From Alphaproteobacteria bacterium (GTDB taxonomy: Bacteria; Pseudomonadota; Alphaproteobacteria; CALKHQ01): DNA of 64,000 nucleotides. Under the pieces are notes generated by a model. It did not search any database, was not told where the DNA came from, and saw only the letters and a list, made by a program, of their open reading frames with translations. Positions 1-8,817 of the stretch are shown piece after piece; position 1 is the stretch's first letter; the number at the start of each line of letters is the position of its first letter. The DNA lies in the NCBI GenBank assembly GCA_965227515.1, contig CBDDFZ010000001.1:2176001-2240000 (forward strand). The letters are read 5' to 3'. The position numbers and the translations under genes were made by a program.

Positions 1-123
1 GACAATGTTGGACTTGCCGCAGCCATTGGGGCCGACGATGCCGGTCAGCCCAGGCGAGATCTCGATGTCGGCCGGGTCGACGAACGACTTGAAGCCGGCA
101 ATGCGAAGACGTCGGAATTGCAC
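1..123 (-). CDS. smc: Chromosome segregation protein SMC, N-terminus (runs off window)
   Basis: Manual translation from GTG at 123: [41 protein letters not shown], with the GFKSF motif and Walker [10 protein letters not shown]. Confidence 0.93.
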   Translation of the reverse strand, partial: MQFRRLRIAGFKSFVDPADIEISPGLTGIVGPNGCGKSNIV

Positions 124-166
124 GTACGGCGGACCCGGTGTTCAGCGCGACCGTTGGCGGTGGGCG

Positions 167-823
167 CTAGTTGGTGTGATCGGCGATGATATCGGCGAAG
201 ACGTCCACGTCCTGCGCGCCGCGCACCTTCTCGCCGGCGACGAAGAATGTCGGCGTGGACTGCACCTCAAGCTCGGTCTGGGCACGCAGCCGCGTGGCCA
301 GGATGGCGTTGGCGATGCTCTCGTTGGCCAGGCACTCGTCGAAGCGCTCGTCGGACAGGCCGGTCAGCTTCGCGGTCTGGCGCAGGATGTCCAGGGCCGC
401 TTCGCTGCGCCACTCGTCCTGGGTCTCATAGAGGGTCTGGACGAACGGGTGGAACTGCGCCGACGGCACGCACTCGGAAACGATGGCGGCCGCGAAGGCG
501 AGTTGGTCGAGCGGGAAGTGGCGGATGATCAGGTTTGCCTGCCCGGTGTCGATGAACTGCTCCTTCAGCTCCGGCAGCGTATCCTCGTGGAACGCGCGGC
601 AGTGCGGGCAGGTCAGCGACGAGAACTCGACGATGGTGACCGGCGCGTCGGGATCGCCCAGCACGCGGTCGGTCGGCCAGATCTCCAACAGGTCGAGCGT
701 TTCGTCCGCGGCCGCTTCGTCGGTCGCTTCAGCGTCGTCGGACTGGGCGTGGGCGGTCCACGTCATACCGGTCGCCATCACGCCGGCGAGGGCCGAGACA
801 CACAAGATATGCCGAATGTTCAT
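167..823 (-). CDS. DsbA-family thioredoxin-fold protein
   Basis: Signal peptide; LGDPDAPVTIVEFSSLTCPHC (CxxC); STPTFF cis-Pro loop; usual smc-dsbA-DUF721-mutY context. Confidence 0.9.
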   Translation of the reverse strand: MNIRHILCVSALAGVMATGMTWTAHAQSDDAEATDEAAADETLDLLEIWPTDRVLGDPDAPVTIVEFSSLTCPHCRAFHEDTLPELKEQFIDTGQANLIIRHFPLDQLAFAAAIVSECVPSAQFHPFVQTLYETQDEWRSEAALDILRQTAKLTGLSDERFDECLANESIANAILATRLRAQTELEVQSTPTFFVAGEKVRGAQDVDVFADIIADHTN

Positions 824-967
824 TCCAAAACCCCATTATCTTGAGCGGAGACTAGACTCCGAGTTCCAGCGAATGCAAGCGCCACGCAACATGCGCGCCC
901 CTGGCCCCGCGTTCGAAAGGCAATCGCCGACAACACTCACCAATTGCGGCCAAATCTGGAAGGCCTG

Positions 968-1516
968 TCACCGGTCACGATCTTGTGCGGCCACCATGCG
1001 GCCCAGCCGGGCGAGCGCCTCGCGCAGGTCCGGGTCCATGTCGGCGGGCAGGTCCGGCGCCGGTGTGGTGCGGTAATGCCGTGGCAGGATGTGGCGCTTG
1101 GCGCCGTGCGCATCCCCGATGGGTGCGTTGACGATTTTGATCCGGCCGACCGCCATGTAGCCGAAGAAGCTGTTGATCCGGTCGATCAGGTGCTCGGCCT
1201 CGTGCTGGACATAGACCGACAGCCCCGGCGCGACCTTCATGGTCAGGGCCGCCCCGTCCATGCGGTTGCGCGGCCACGCGACATCGACCGGCACCGTGTC
1301 GGCGGCCAGCGCCTCCCCGGCGATGGCCTGCCAGTTCTGCAACAGCTCGGTGTTGGTTAGCCCGCGCCGGCGCATGGCGGGGGCGGCGACCATGGCCGCC
1401 ACCTTGCCCATGCGGTGCATGCCGCCGCGCCGCCATTTCGAGGCCGGGGTGCCGACGGTCCGCGCGGCCTTGCCCGCCGACAATGGCCTCAGATTGTTGT
1501 CCGGCCCGCTCGCCAT
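968..1516 (-). CDS. DUF721/DciA-family protein (start uncertain)
   Basis: LLQNWQAIAGEALA...LTMKV...VQHEAEHLIDRINSFFGYMAVGRIKIVN; divergent from mutY. Confidence 0.8.
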   Translation of the reverse strand: MASGPDNNLRPLSAGKAARTVGTPASKWRRGGMHRMGKVAAMVAAPAMRRRGLTNTELLQNWQAIAGEALAADTVPVDVAWPRNRMDGAALTMKVAPGLSVYVQHEAEHLIDRINSFFGYMAVGRIKIVNAPIGDAHGAKRHILPRHYRTTPAPDLPADMDPDLREALARLGRMVAAQDRDR

Positions 1517-1612
1517 CGGGTCAGGAACTCCTGTAAACGTTCTCGCGCCAATCCTCGCCAGCCCATCCCCGGCGATTGCATCCGCTCCGATATTCCTATA
1601 CCCGACCCATCA

Positions 1613-2698
1613 ATGTCGACAGCAACCGACATGGCCAGGCCGGCGGCCCTGCGCCGCACATTGCTCGCCTGGTACGACCGGCACCGGCGCGACCTGCCGT
1701 GGCGCGCGCGGCCCGGCGAGACCGCCGACCCCTATCGCGTCTGGCTGAGCGAGATCATGCTGCAGCAGACCACGGTGGCGGCGGTGGCACCCTATTTCCG
1801 GCGATTCACCGAGGCGTGGCCGACCGTCGAGGCGCTGGCCGCGGCGCCCGATGCCGACGTGCTGGCGGCGTGGGCGGGGCTTGGCTACTACGCCCGTGCC
1901 CGCAACCTGATCAAGTGCGCCCGCACGGTGGCCAATGAGCATGGCGGGCAGTTCCCCGACACCGAGGACGGACTGCGCGACCTGCCCGGCATCGGCCCCT
2001 ATACCGCGGCCGCGGTCGCCGCCATCGCGTTCGGCCGCGCCGCGATGCCGGTGGACGGCAATATCGAGCGGGTGATGGCACGCCTGCATGCCATCGAGAC
2101 GCCGCTGCCGGCGGCGAAACCGGAGCTGAGCGAGGCGGCGAAGCGACTGACGCCGCGCAGCCGCGCCGGGGATCTCGCCCAGGGTCTGATGGATCTGGGC
2201 GCGACCGTCTGCACACCGCGCAGTCCCGCCTGCGCGCTCTGCCCCTGGCGCGAGCCGTGCCGTGCACGCGCCGCCGGTATCCAGGCGGAACTGCCGCGCC
2301 GTGCGCCGAAGGCGGCCAAGCCGCAGCGCTACGGCACCGCCTTCTGGCTCATTTGCGATGGCCACGTGTTGCTGCAGCGCCGCCCGCCGAAGGGCCTGCT
2401 CGGCGGCATGCTGGGCTTGCCCGGCACGGACTGGCGGGACCGGCCGTGGGACGGCAAGGACGCCATCCGTCTCGGCGCGCCGGCGAAGGCGGACTGGACC
2501 CCGCTCAGGGGCAATGTCCGCCACGTCTTCACCCACTTCGCGCTCGATCTCGCACTGATGGCCGGGCGCACCGGCCGCCGTCCTGCCGTGCCGGACGGCG
2601 AATGGCATCCCATCGAACGGGCGGCGGAAGCCGGCCTGCCGAGCGTGATGCGCAAGGCCGCGATCATGGCCCGTTCGGCCCAACCACGCGTCGAATAA
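1613..2698 (+). CDS. mutY: A/G-specific adenine glycosylase MutY
   Basis: WLSEIMLQQT, GLGYYARARN, HhH LPGIGPYTA, VDGNIERV, Fe-S motif CTPRSPACALCPWREPC, C-terminal HVFTHF. Confidence 0.97.
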   Translation: MSTATDMARPAALRRTLLAWYDRHRRDLPWRARPGETADPYRVWLSEIMLQQTTVAAVAPYFRRFTEAWPTVEALAAAPDADVLAAWAGLGYYARARNLIKCARTVANEHGGQFPDTEDGLRDLPGIGPYTAAAVAAIAFGRAAMPVDGNIERVMARLHAIETPLPAAKPELSEAAKRLTPRSRAGDLAQGLMDLGATVCTPRSPACALCPWREPCRARAAGIQAELPRRAPKAAKPQRYGTAFWLICDGHVLLQRRPPKGLLGGMLGLPGTDWRDRPWDGKDAIRLGAPAKADWTPLRGNVRHVFTHFALDLALMAGRTGRRPAVPDGEWHPIERAAEAGLPSVMRKAAIMARSAQPRVE

Positions 2699-2716
2699 AG
2701 CAGTGACTGGAACACC

Positions 2717-3607
2717 ATGACGACCGACACGACCCGGCCGGCGATCGCCGACGGCATCTCCGCCATCGCGGACCGCATCGACGGCTGCATCGTCGACCTG
2801 TGGGGGGTGGTGCACGACGGCGTGCAGCCCTTGCCGGGCGCGGTGGACTGCATGCAGCGTCTGGTCGCTGCCGGCAAGCGCATCTGCCTGTTGTCCAACG
2901 CGCCGGCCCGTGTCGACGCGCTGGTCGCCCGCATGGACGAGATGGGCGTGCCGCGCGACGCCTATCACCACCTGATGTCGTCCGGCGAATCGACCTATCA
3001 GGCGCTGCGCACGCGGCCCGACCCCGCGCACGCGGCCCTCGGCGAGCGCTGCCTGATGATCGGGCCGGAATACAACGCCGATATCCTGCCCGACGGCGAC
3101 GGTATCGTGCGGGTGTTCGACCTGGACGACGCCGACTTCGTGGTGGTCACCGCCTGGGGCGGCGACGGCACCCCGCTGGAGGGCTACGACGACATCCTGC
3201 GCACGTGCCGCGCGCGCGACATTCCGCTGGTTTGCGCCAATCCCGACCTTGAGGTGTTGCAGGGCGGCGAGCGGTACTACTGCGCCGGCGCCATTGCCGC
3301 GCGCTACCAGGGTATCGGCGGCCGGGTGATCTATCACGGCAAGCCGCACGAGCGTGTCTACACGCACTGCCAGGGATTGCTCGGCATCGACGATGCGGCG
3401 CGCGTCGCCGGCATTGGCGACAGCTTCCTGACCGACGTGACCGGGGCCAACGCGGCCGGCATGCCCTCGGTACTGGTCGCCGGCGGAATCCACGCCATCG
3501 ACCTGATGCGCCATGAGGCCGATGTGATCGACGTCATTGTGTTGCACGACCTGGTCGAGCGACATGGCGCGTCGCCGGACATGGTGGTGCCGGCCTTCCG
3601 CTGGTAG
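2717..3607 (+). CDS. HAD-superfamily subfamily IIA hydrolase (TIGR01459-like)
   Basis: DLWGVVHDG, LLSNAP, CANPD, GKP, IGDSFLTDVTGA motifs. Confidence 0.88.
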   Translation: MTTDTTRPAIADGISAIADRIDGCIVDLWGVVHDGVQPLPGAVDCMQRLVAAGKRICLLSNAPARVDALVARMDEMGVPRDAYHHLMSSGESTYQALRTRPDPAHAALGERCLMIGPEYNADILPDGDGIVRVFDLDDADFVVVTAWGGDGTPLEGYDDILRTCRARDIPLVCANPDLEVLQGGERYYCAGAIAARYQGIGGRVIYHGKPHERVYTHCQGLLGIDDAARVAGIGDSFLTDVTGANAAGMPSVLVAGGIHAIDLMRHEADVIDVIVLHDLVERHGASPDMVVPAFRW

Positions 3608-3698
3608 CGTTTGCCAACGGGCGCGCTCAGCGCCACTTCAGCACAACGCCTCTGTTCCGGGACACTTCCGTCGCGGGACGACAAGGAAACCCCGCCGC

Positions 3699-5603
3699 GT
3701 GGCTTCGACCGACCAAACCGCTGCGAGCGAGAAACAACAGCGTTCCCATTGGGCGACCATTCGCTCGCTCGCCCCGTTCCTTTGGCCCCATCGCGATGTC
3801 GAGGGCGCCATCGGGATGCGCTGGCGGGTGGTGTGGGCGATGGTCTTCCTGGTGGCGGCCAAGCTTGCCAACGTCTACACGCCGATCCTCTACGCCGCCG
3901 CGGTCGATGAGCTGAGCGGTGCCGGCGGCGACGGTGCGGTCGACGGACTCGCCGGCGCCGACCCCGCCATAGCGACTGTCATCGTGCTGCCGCTGGGCCT
4001 GATCCTGGCCTATGGCATCGTGCGCGTGTTCTCGATCGCGTTCGGCGAACTGCGCGATGCGGTGTTCGCCCGGGTCGCCATGCGCGCAATCCGCACCGTG
4101 GCGGTGCGCACCTTCCAGCACATCCACGCGCTGGCGCTGCGCTACCACCTGGAGCGGCGCACCGGCGGGTTGAGCCGGGTGATCGAGCGCGGCACCAAGG
4201 GCATCGAGTTCCTGCTGCGCTTCATGCTGTTCAACGTGCTGCCGACGCTGCTGGAGATCACGCTGGTCTGCACGCTGTTGTGGGCGCTGTTCGATTTCTG
4301 GTTCGCCTTCGTGACCCTGGTCTCGGTCAGCGCGTACATCGGCTTCACCCTGTGGGTGACCGAGTGGCGGCTGAAATACCGCCGCCAGATGAACGACATG
4401 GACACCGAGGCCAATACCAAGGCCATCGACAGCCTGCTGAACTACGAGACGGTCAAGTACTTCGGCAACGAGGACCACGAGCGCGACCGGTTCGACAGCT
4501 CGATGCGTGGCTACGAGCAGGCGGCGGTGAAGAGCCAGGTGACGCTGTCCATGCTCAACATCGGGCAGGCGTTCATCATCGCCGGCGGGCTGACCATCAT
4601 GATGATCATGGCGGCCCAGGGCGTCGTTAACGGCACCATGACGGTCGGCGACTTCGTGCTGGTGTTCACCTACATGCTGCAGCTCTACATGCCGCTGAAC
4701 TTCCTGGGCTTCGTCTACCGGGAGATCAAGCGCTCGCTGGTGGACATGGAGGACATGTTCACCCTGTTGCGGCTGAACCGGGAGGTGGAGGACCGGCCCG
4801 ACGCCAAGCCGCTGGACCCGGGCGATGCCGCGGTGGAGTTCGACCACGTCTCGTTCGGCTACGATCCGCGCCGGCCGATCCTGAAGGATGTGTCGTTCCG
4901 CGCGGCACCGGGCGCCACGGTCGCTTTCGTCGGCGCCAGCGGGGCCGGCAAGTCGACCATCGCGCGCCTGCTGTTCCGCTTCTACGACGTCGACGACGGC
5001 GCCATCCGCATCAATGGCCAGGACGTGCGTGACGTGACCCAGGCCAGCGTGCGCGCCGCCATCGGCGTGGTGCCCCAGGACACGGTGATGTTCAACGACA
5101 CCGTGCGCTACAACATCCGCTACGGCCGTCCGTCCGCCAGCGACGAAGAAGTGGAATCGGCGGCAAAAATGGCCCGCATTCACGATTTCATAACCACAAC
5201 GCCCGACGGTTACGAAACCATGGTAGGCGAGCGCGGGTTGAAATTGTCCGGCGGTGAGAAGCAGCGGGTGGCGATCGCACGAACGATCCTGAAAGACCCG
5301 CCGATCATGCTGTTCGACGAGGCGACATCTGCGCTCGATTCCAATACCGAGCGCCAGATCCAGGCCAGCCTGCGCGCAGTCTCCGCCGACCGGACCACCA
5401 TCGTCATCGCGCACCGCCTGTCGACGGTGGTCGATGCCGACGAGATCATCGTGCTCGACGATGGCCGCGTGGCCGAGCGCGGCAATCACGACGAGCTGAT
5501 CGCGATGGATGGCCTTTATGCCGCGATGTGGGCCAAGCAGCGGTCTGCGGCGGATGTTTCCAGGGGCGAGACCCCCGTACCGGAGCCAGTGCATGCAAAA
5601 TAA
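3699..5603 (+). CDS. ATM1/HMT1-type ABC exporter (fused TMD + NBD)
   Basis: AIDSLLNYETVKYF, Walker A GASGAGKST, LSGGEKQRVAIAR, FDEATSALD; AAGGA RBS before GTG 3699. Confidence 0.92.
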   Translation: MASTDQTAASEKQQRSHWATIRSLAPFLWPHRDVEGAIGMRWRVVWAMVFLVAAKLANVYTPILYAAAVDELSGAGGDGAVDGLAGADPAIATVIVLPLGLILAYGIVRVFSIAFGELRDAVFARVAMRAIRTVAVRTFQHIHALALRYHLERRTGGLSRVIERGTKGIEFLLRFMLFNVLPTLLEITLVCTLLWALFDFWFAFVTLVSVSAYIGFTLWVTEWRLKYRRQMNDMDTEANTKAIDSLLNYETVKYFGNEDHERDRFDSSMRGYEQAAVKSQVTLSMLNIGQAFIIAGGLTIMMIMAAQGVVNGTMTVGDFVLVFTYMLQLYMPLNFLGFVYREIKRSLVDMEDMFTLLRLNREVEDRPDAKPLDPGDAAVEFDHVSFGYDPRRPILKDVSFRAAPGATVAFVGASGAGKSTIARLLFRFYDVDDGAIRINGQDVRDVTQASVRAAIGVVPQDTVMFNDTVRYNIRYGRPSASDEEVESAAKMARIHDFITTTPDGYETMVGERGLKLSGGEKQRVAIARTILKDPPIMLFDEATSALDSNTERQIQASLRAVSADRTTIVIAHRLSTVVDADEIIVLDDGRVAERGNHDELIAMDGLYAAMWAKQRSAADVSRGETPVPEPVHAK

Positions 5604-6309
5604 GCCCAAATCGACGGCCAAGGCAGCGCCGCCGTCGACAGCGCCTGCGCTGGCCAACGTCAGGGGGCGCAATGTCCTGCTGGCCCATGCATTCGCGCAG
5701 CGCGAGATGCGGATGGCCGAGGAGCGGCGCCAGGCACGTACCGAGATGGCCAAGCGCTCGTCGGACGGCGACAAGCAGATAAAGGGCGGCGACGGCTCAG
5801 GCGGCAAGCCTGCCGTGGCGGCAAACGCGAAACAGCCCACGGCCGCGAAGCGCGCGCCGGGCAAGACCACCCGTCAGGAGCTGATCGCCGAGGCGATGCG
5901 CCTGCGCAAGCAAACCCCGCCGACCGCATCGAGCAAGCCGCCGGAGGACGCCTTCGACCGGATGATCTCGGGCGCGCTCGGCAGCGGTGCCGCGGATCAC
6001 ATGGAGGCGGGCAAGCTGGACCGTCAGGCCGCCCTGCAGGCCCTGATCGAGCAGGAGCAGGCCCGGCTGAACCGCGCCGGCACCTCCGGTGACACGCCGA
6101 CGAAGGTTCCGGCCCCCGATCTGCCGCCACGGACCGTGGAACGCATTCCGGCGGCGACCGCGCGCGGCGAGGTTTCGCGCGACGACTTGATCGCGGAGGC
6201 GCTTGATGTGCACCGCCGCAAGCAGACCGCACTCGACGAGCTGACCGATGCCCAGCGCGCGACCCTGCGCATGGCGGCGGAGAAGCTGTTGAAGACCAAG
6301 GCGGGCTGA
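5593..6309 (+). CDS. Hypothetical protein (helical, repeated R.(E/D)LIAEA motif)
   Basis: ORF overlapping the ABC stop, with host-like codon usage; RQELIAEAMRLRK and RDDLIAEALDVHRRK. Confidence 0.65.
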   Translation: MQNKPKSTAKAAPPSTAPALANVRGRNVLLAHAFAQREMRMAEERRQARTEMAKRSSDGDKQIKGGDGSGGKPAVAANAKQPTAAKRAPGKTTRQELIAEAMRLRKQTPPTASSKPPEDAFDRMISGALGSGAADHMEAGKLDRQAALQALIEQEQARLNRAGTSGDTPTKVPAPDLPPRTVERIPAATARGEVSRDDLIAEALDVHRRKQTALDELTDAQRATLRMAAEKLLKTKAG

Positions 6310-6315
6310 CGCCCC

Positions 6316-6360
6316 CCTTTGTGCCGGTCGCCTTTGTGCCGGTCGCCTTTGTGCCGGTCG
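6316..6360. repeat. Perfect tandem repeat, 3 x 15 bp (CCTTTGTGCCGGTCG)
   Basis: Units at 6316-6330, 6331-6345 and 6346-6360. Confidence 0.95.
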
Positions 6361-6482
6361 ATGTATGCGCGTGACCTGAATGCTTGACCTGTCGCGCATC
6401 CGGCCCTTATAAGTCCGGCGTTCACGCGGCCCTGCGCCAGGGCGGCGTGCTATCCGTTTCACAAGCCACGAGGGGTTTCGAC

Positions 6483-6779
6483 ATGGCCCGCCGCTGCGCC
6501 ATAACCGGTAAGGGCGTGCAAACTGGCAACAATGTGAGCCACGCGCACAACAAGACCCGTCGCCGCTATCTGCCGAATTTGCAGAAGACCCGCCTGTTCT
6601 CGGAGACGCTTGGCGAGGGCGTGCGCATGCGCCTGTCGACCAGCGCCATTCGCACCATCGAGCATCGCGGTGGGCTGGATGCCTATCTGATGTCGACCGC
6701 GCCGACCAAGCTGCCGGCCGAGCTGCGCAAGATGCGCAAGCGGGTGAGCGAGGCGCAGGCCGCCACCGCGGCGGAATAG
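6483..6779 (+). CDS. rpmB: 50S ribosomal protein L28
   Basis: [34 protein letters not shown]...GGLDAYL. Confidence 0.98.
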   Translation: MARRCAITGKGVQTGNNVSHAHNKTRRRYLPNLQKTRLFSETLGEGVRMRLSTSAIRTIEHRGGLDAYLMSTAPTKLPAELRKMRKRVSEAQAATAAE

Positions 6780-6848
6780 CCGCGACGCGACTATCGGTCG
6801 TTCGATCGGGCAGCCGTTCGCAGGCTGATCAATCTTCAACACGCGTTT

Positions 6849-7014
6849 GTCGTCCTCGCTCTTGTAGCGAGGACCCATTCTTGTGCAATTCGCCGACCGC
6901 ATGCATTGGGTCTTATGGGCCCATTGCCACTTGGCCTTGGTCCAGCAGTTGGCCTACGAAGCAAATGTTGGGCCTGCCCGGACCATGGGCCCTCGCCACA
7001 AGGGCGAGGGCGAC
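6849..7014. repeat. REP/RPE-like inverted doublet of 30-bp palindromes (copy 1)
   Basis: GTCGTCCTCGCTCTTGTAGCGAGGACCCAT (6849-6878) faces ATGGGCCCTCGCCACAAGGGCGAGGGCGAC (6985-7014); same family at 21284-21459. Confidence 0.85.
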
Positions 7015-7052
7015 GAAAAGTGTCTTGAACTGGCGAGTACTTCCCCGCGCAA

Positions 7053-7865
7053 ATGACCGCCATCGACCCGAACGACTGGATCGCCGCCCTCAACGCCTGG
7101 CCGCCGGAAGCGGTATGGGTGGTGATGCTGCTGGCGGCGTTCGCCATGGTGCTGGTGTTCCTGCGCCTGTTCGGCGCGGTCGGCATGCAGGTGTTCGTCG
7201 TCGTCGCCGTGCTGGCCGCCAATGTGCAGGTGCTGAAGACGGTCTCGTTCTCGGTATTCCCGGACCCGATCGCGCTCGGCACCGTGCTGTTCGCCTGCAC
7301 CTATCTGTGCACCGATATCCTGGCCGAGTACTACGGCCGGCGCGAGGCACAGAAGGCGGTGGTGATCGGCTTCGTCGGCTATTTGGCGTTCCTGGTGTTC
7401 GTGCTGATCGGCCTCGGCTTCCAGCCGCTGACTGCCGACCAGCTCACGCCCGAGCAGTTGCCCGACTACGAATGGTCGTTCGCGATGCAGGACCACATCG
7501 CGGCCGTGTTCGTGCCGGGGCCGGCCTTCTTCGTCGCCGGCATGGCGGCCTATTTCATCAGCCAGTTCAACGACATCTGGCTGTTCCGCCTGATCCGCCG
7601 CATGACCGACGGGCGGCATCTGTGGCTGCGCAACAACGTCTCCACCGCGATCTCGGCATTGATCGATTCAGCCATCTTCTCGGTTTTGGCCTGGGTGGTG
7701 CTGAACCCGGAGCCGCTGGCCTGGCCGGTGGTCATCGTGACCTACATCCTGGGCTCATGGGTGCTGCGGCTCGTCGTGGCGGCCCTGGACACCCCGGTGA
7801 TCTACCTGGCGCGGCACTGCCTGCCGCCGGCCGACCGGATCGGCGGTCCGGCCGCCCACCCGTGA
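7053..7865 (+). CDS. yhhQ: Queuosine precursor transporter (YhhQ/QPTR family)
   Basis: Multi-TM; ANVQVLK, TDILAEYYG, AYFISQFNDIWLF, LWLRNNVSTAISALIDSAIF, DTPVIY; close to tgt. Confidence 0.88.
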   Translation: MTAIDPNDWIAALNAWPPEAVWVVMLLAAFAMVLVFLRLFGAVGMQVFVVVAVLAANVQVLKTVSFSVFPDPIALGTVLFACTYLCTDILAEYYGRREAQKAVVIGFVGYLAFLVFVLIGLGFQPLTADQLTPEQLPDYEWSFAMQDHIAAVFVPGPAFFVAGMAAYFISQFNDIWLFRLIRRMTDGRHLWLRNNVSTAISALIDSAIFSVLAWVVLNPEPLAWPVVIVTYILGSWVLRLVVAALDTPVIYLARHCLPPADRIGGPAAHP

Positions 7866-7966
7866 CGGCACGCACGTGTGACGGCGCGCACTGGCAACCG
7901 TCTGCCATCGGGCGTACAGTGTGGGGACACGCGTGGTTTGCGCATGCCGGGGCGGACATTCGACAC

Positions 7967-8800
7967 ATGACAGCAGCGGCGGGAGCGATTGTCGCGGACG
8001 AGCCGATCGAGCGACGGCTCGCGGCCATCGTCAGCCTGGACGTCGCCGGCTACAGCCGGCTGATGGTCGAGGACGACATTGGAACCCTGCGCACCTTGGA
8101 GTGGGTGAGGGAGCTGATCGGCGAGGCCGCCCGGCGCCATCACGGCCGCATCGCCAGCACCGCCGGCGACGGTTTCCTGCTCGCCTTCGACAGTTCGGTC
8201 GCCGCGGTGAAGTGCGCCAGCGAGGTGCAGGACCAGATGCAGGCGGTCAATCGGGAGCGCAATGCCGCGCACCCGATGCTGTTGCGCGCCGGCGTCAATA
8301 TCGGCGACGTGATGGACCGCGACGGCGATGTCTTCGGCGACGCCGTCAACATTGCCGCGCGGGTGCAGGCGCTGGCCGAGCCGGGCGGCGTAGCGCTGAC
8401 CGCGGCGGTCTACGACCAGATCGCGCGCAAGATCGACGTCCAGTGCGAGTACAACGGCGCCCACCGGGTCAAGAACATCGCCGACCCGATCCAGGTCTAT
8501 CGCCTGCAACCCAACGCCACCCGCGCATTCTGGCGGCGCGGCCATGCAGCACTGCCACGTCAGGCCCCGGTCGCGTCGGGCGAGATCAGCCCCTATCCGC
8601 GCAGCAAGGTGCTGGCCATGGCGGTCGTCATCGGCATATTCGGCGCGCACCGCTTCACTGTCGGGCGCAAGTTCAGCGGCACGTTGCAGGCCCTCACCGT
8701 CGGTGGGATTGGGCTCTGGTGGCTCTACGATCTGTTCGAGCTGATCAGCGGCGATTTCGTCGATGCCCAGCGGCGACCCGTCCGCACGTGGTTCGGTTGA
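7967..8800 (+). CDS. Class III nucleotide cyclase fused to a C-terminal TM2 domain
   Basis: RRLAAIVSLDVAGYSRLM, STAGDGF, RAGVNIGDV, DVFGDAVNIAARVQ, VKNI; C-terminus SKVLA..IGIFGAHRFTVGR..G..TVGGIGLWWLYDL (TM2-like). Confidence 0.82.
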   Translation: MTAAAGAIVADEPIERRLAAIVSLDVAGYSRLMVEDDIGTLRTLEWVRELIGEAARRHHGRIASTAGDGFLLAFDSSVAAVKCASEVQDQMQAVNRERNAAHPMLLRAGVNIGDVMDRDGDVFGDAVNIAARVQALAEPGGVALTAAVYDQIARKIDVQCEYNGAHRVKNIADPIQVYRLQPNATRAFWRRGHAALPRQAPVASGEISPYPRSKVLAMAVVIGIFGAHRFTVGRKFSGTLQALTVGGIGLWWLYDLFELISGDFVDAQRRPVRTWFG

Positions 8801-8817
8801 CCGGCGCGTAGTCCCGC

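Noticed and set aside
6316-6360. CRISPR array
   Set aside because: The repeats are 15 bp, contiguous and spacer-less; no cas genes.
6780-7052. preQ1 riboswitch upstream of yhhQ
   Set aside because: No preQ1-like stem with an A-rich tail is visible; the structure is explained by the REP-like doublet. An Rfam scan would settle it.
7967-8800. Pycsar-like defence system (cyclase + TM effector)
   Set aside because: No cyclic-nucleotide-binding effector gene, host-like GC and a housekeeping context; the cyclase resembles the common rhizobial class III type.
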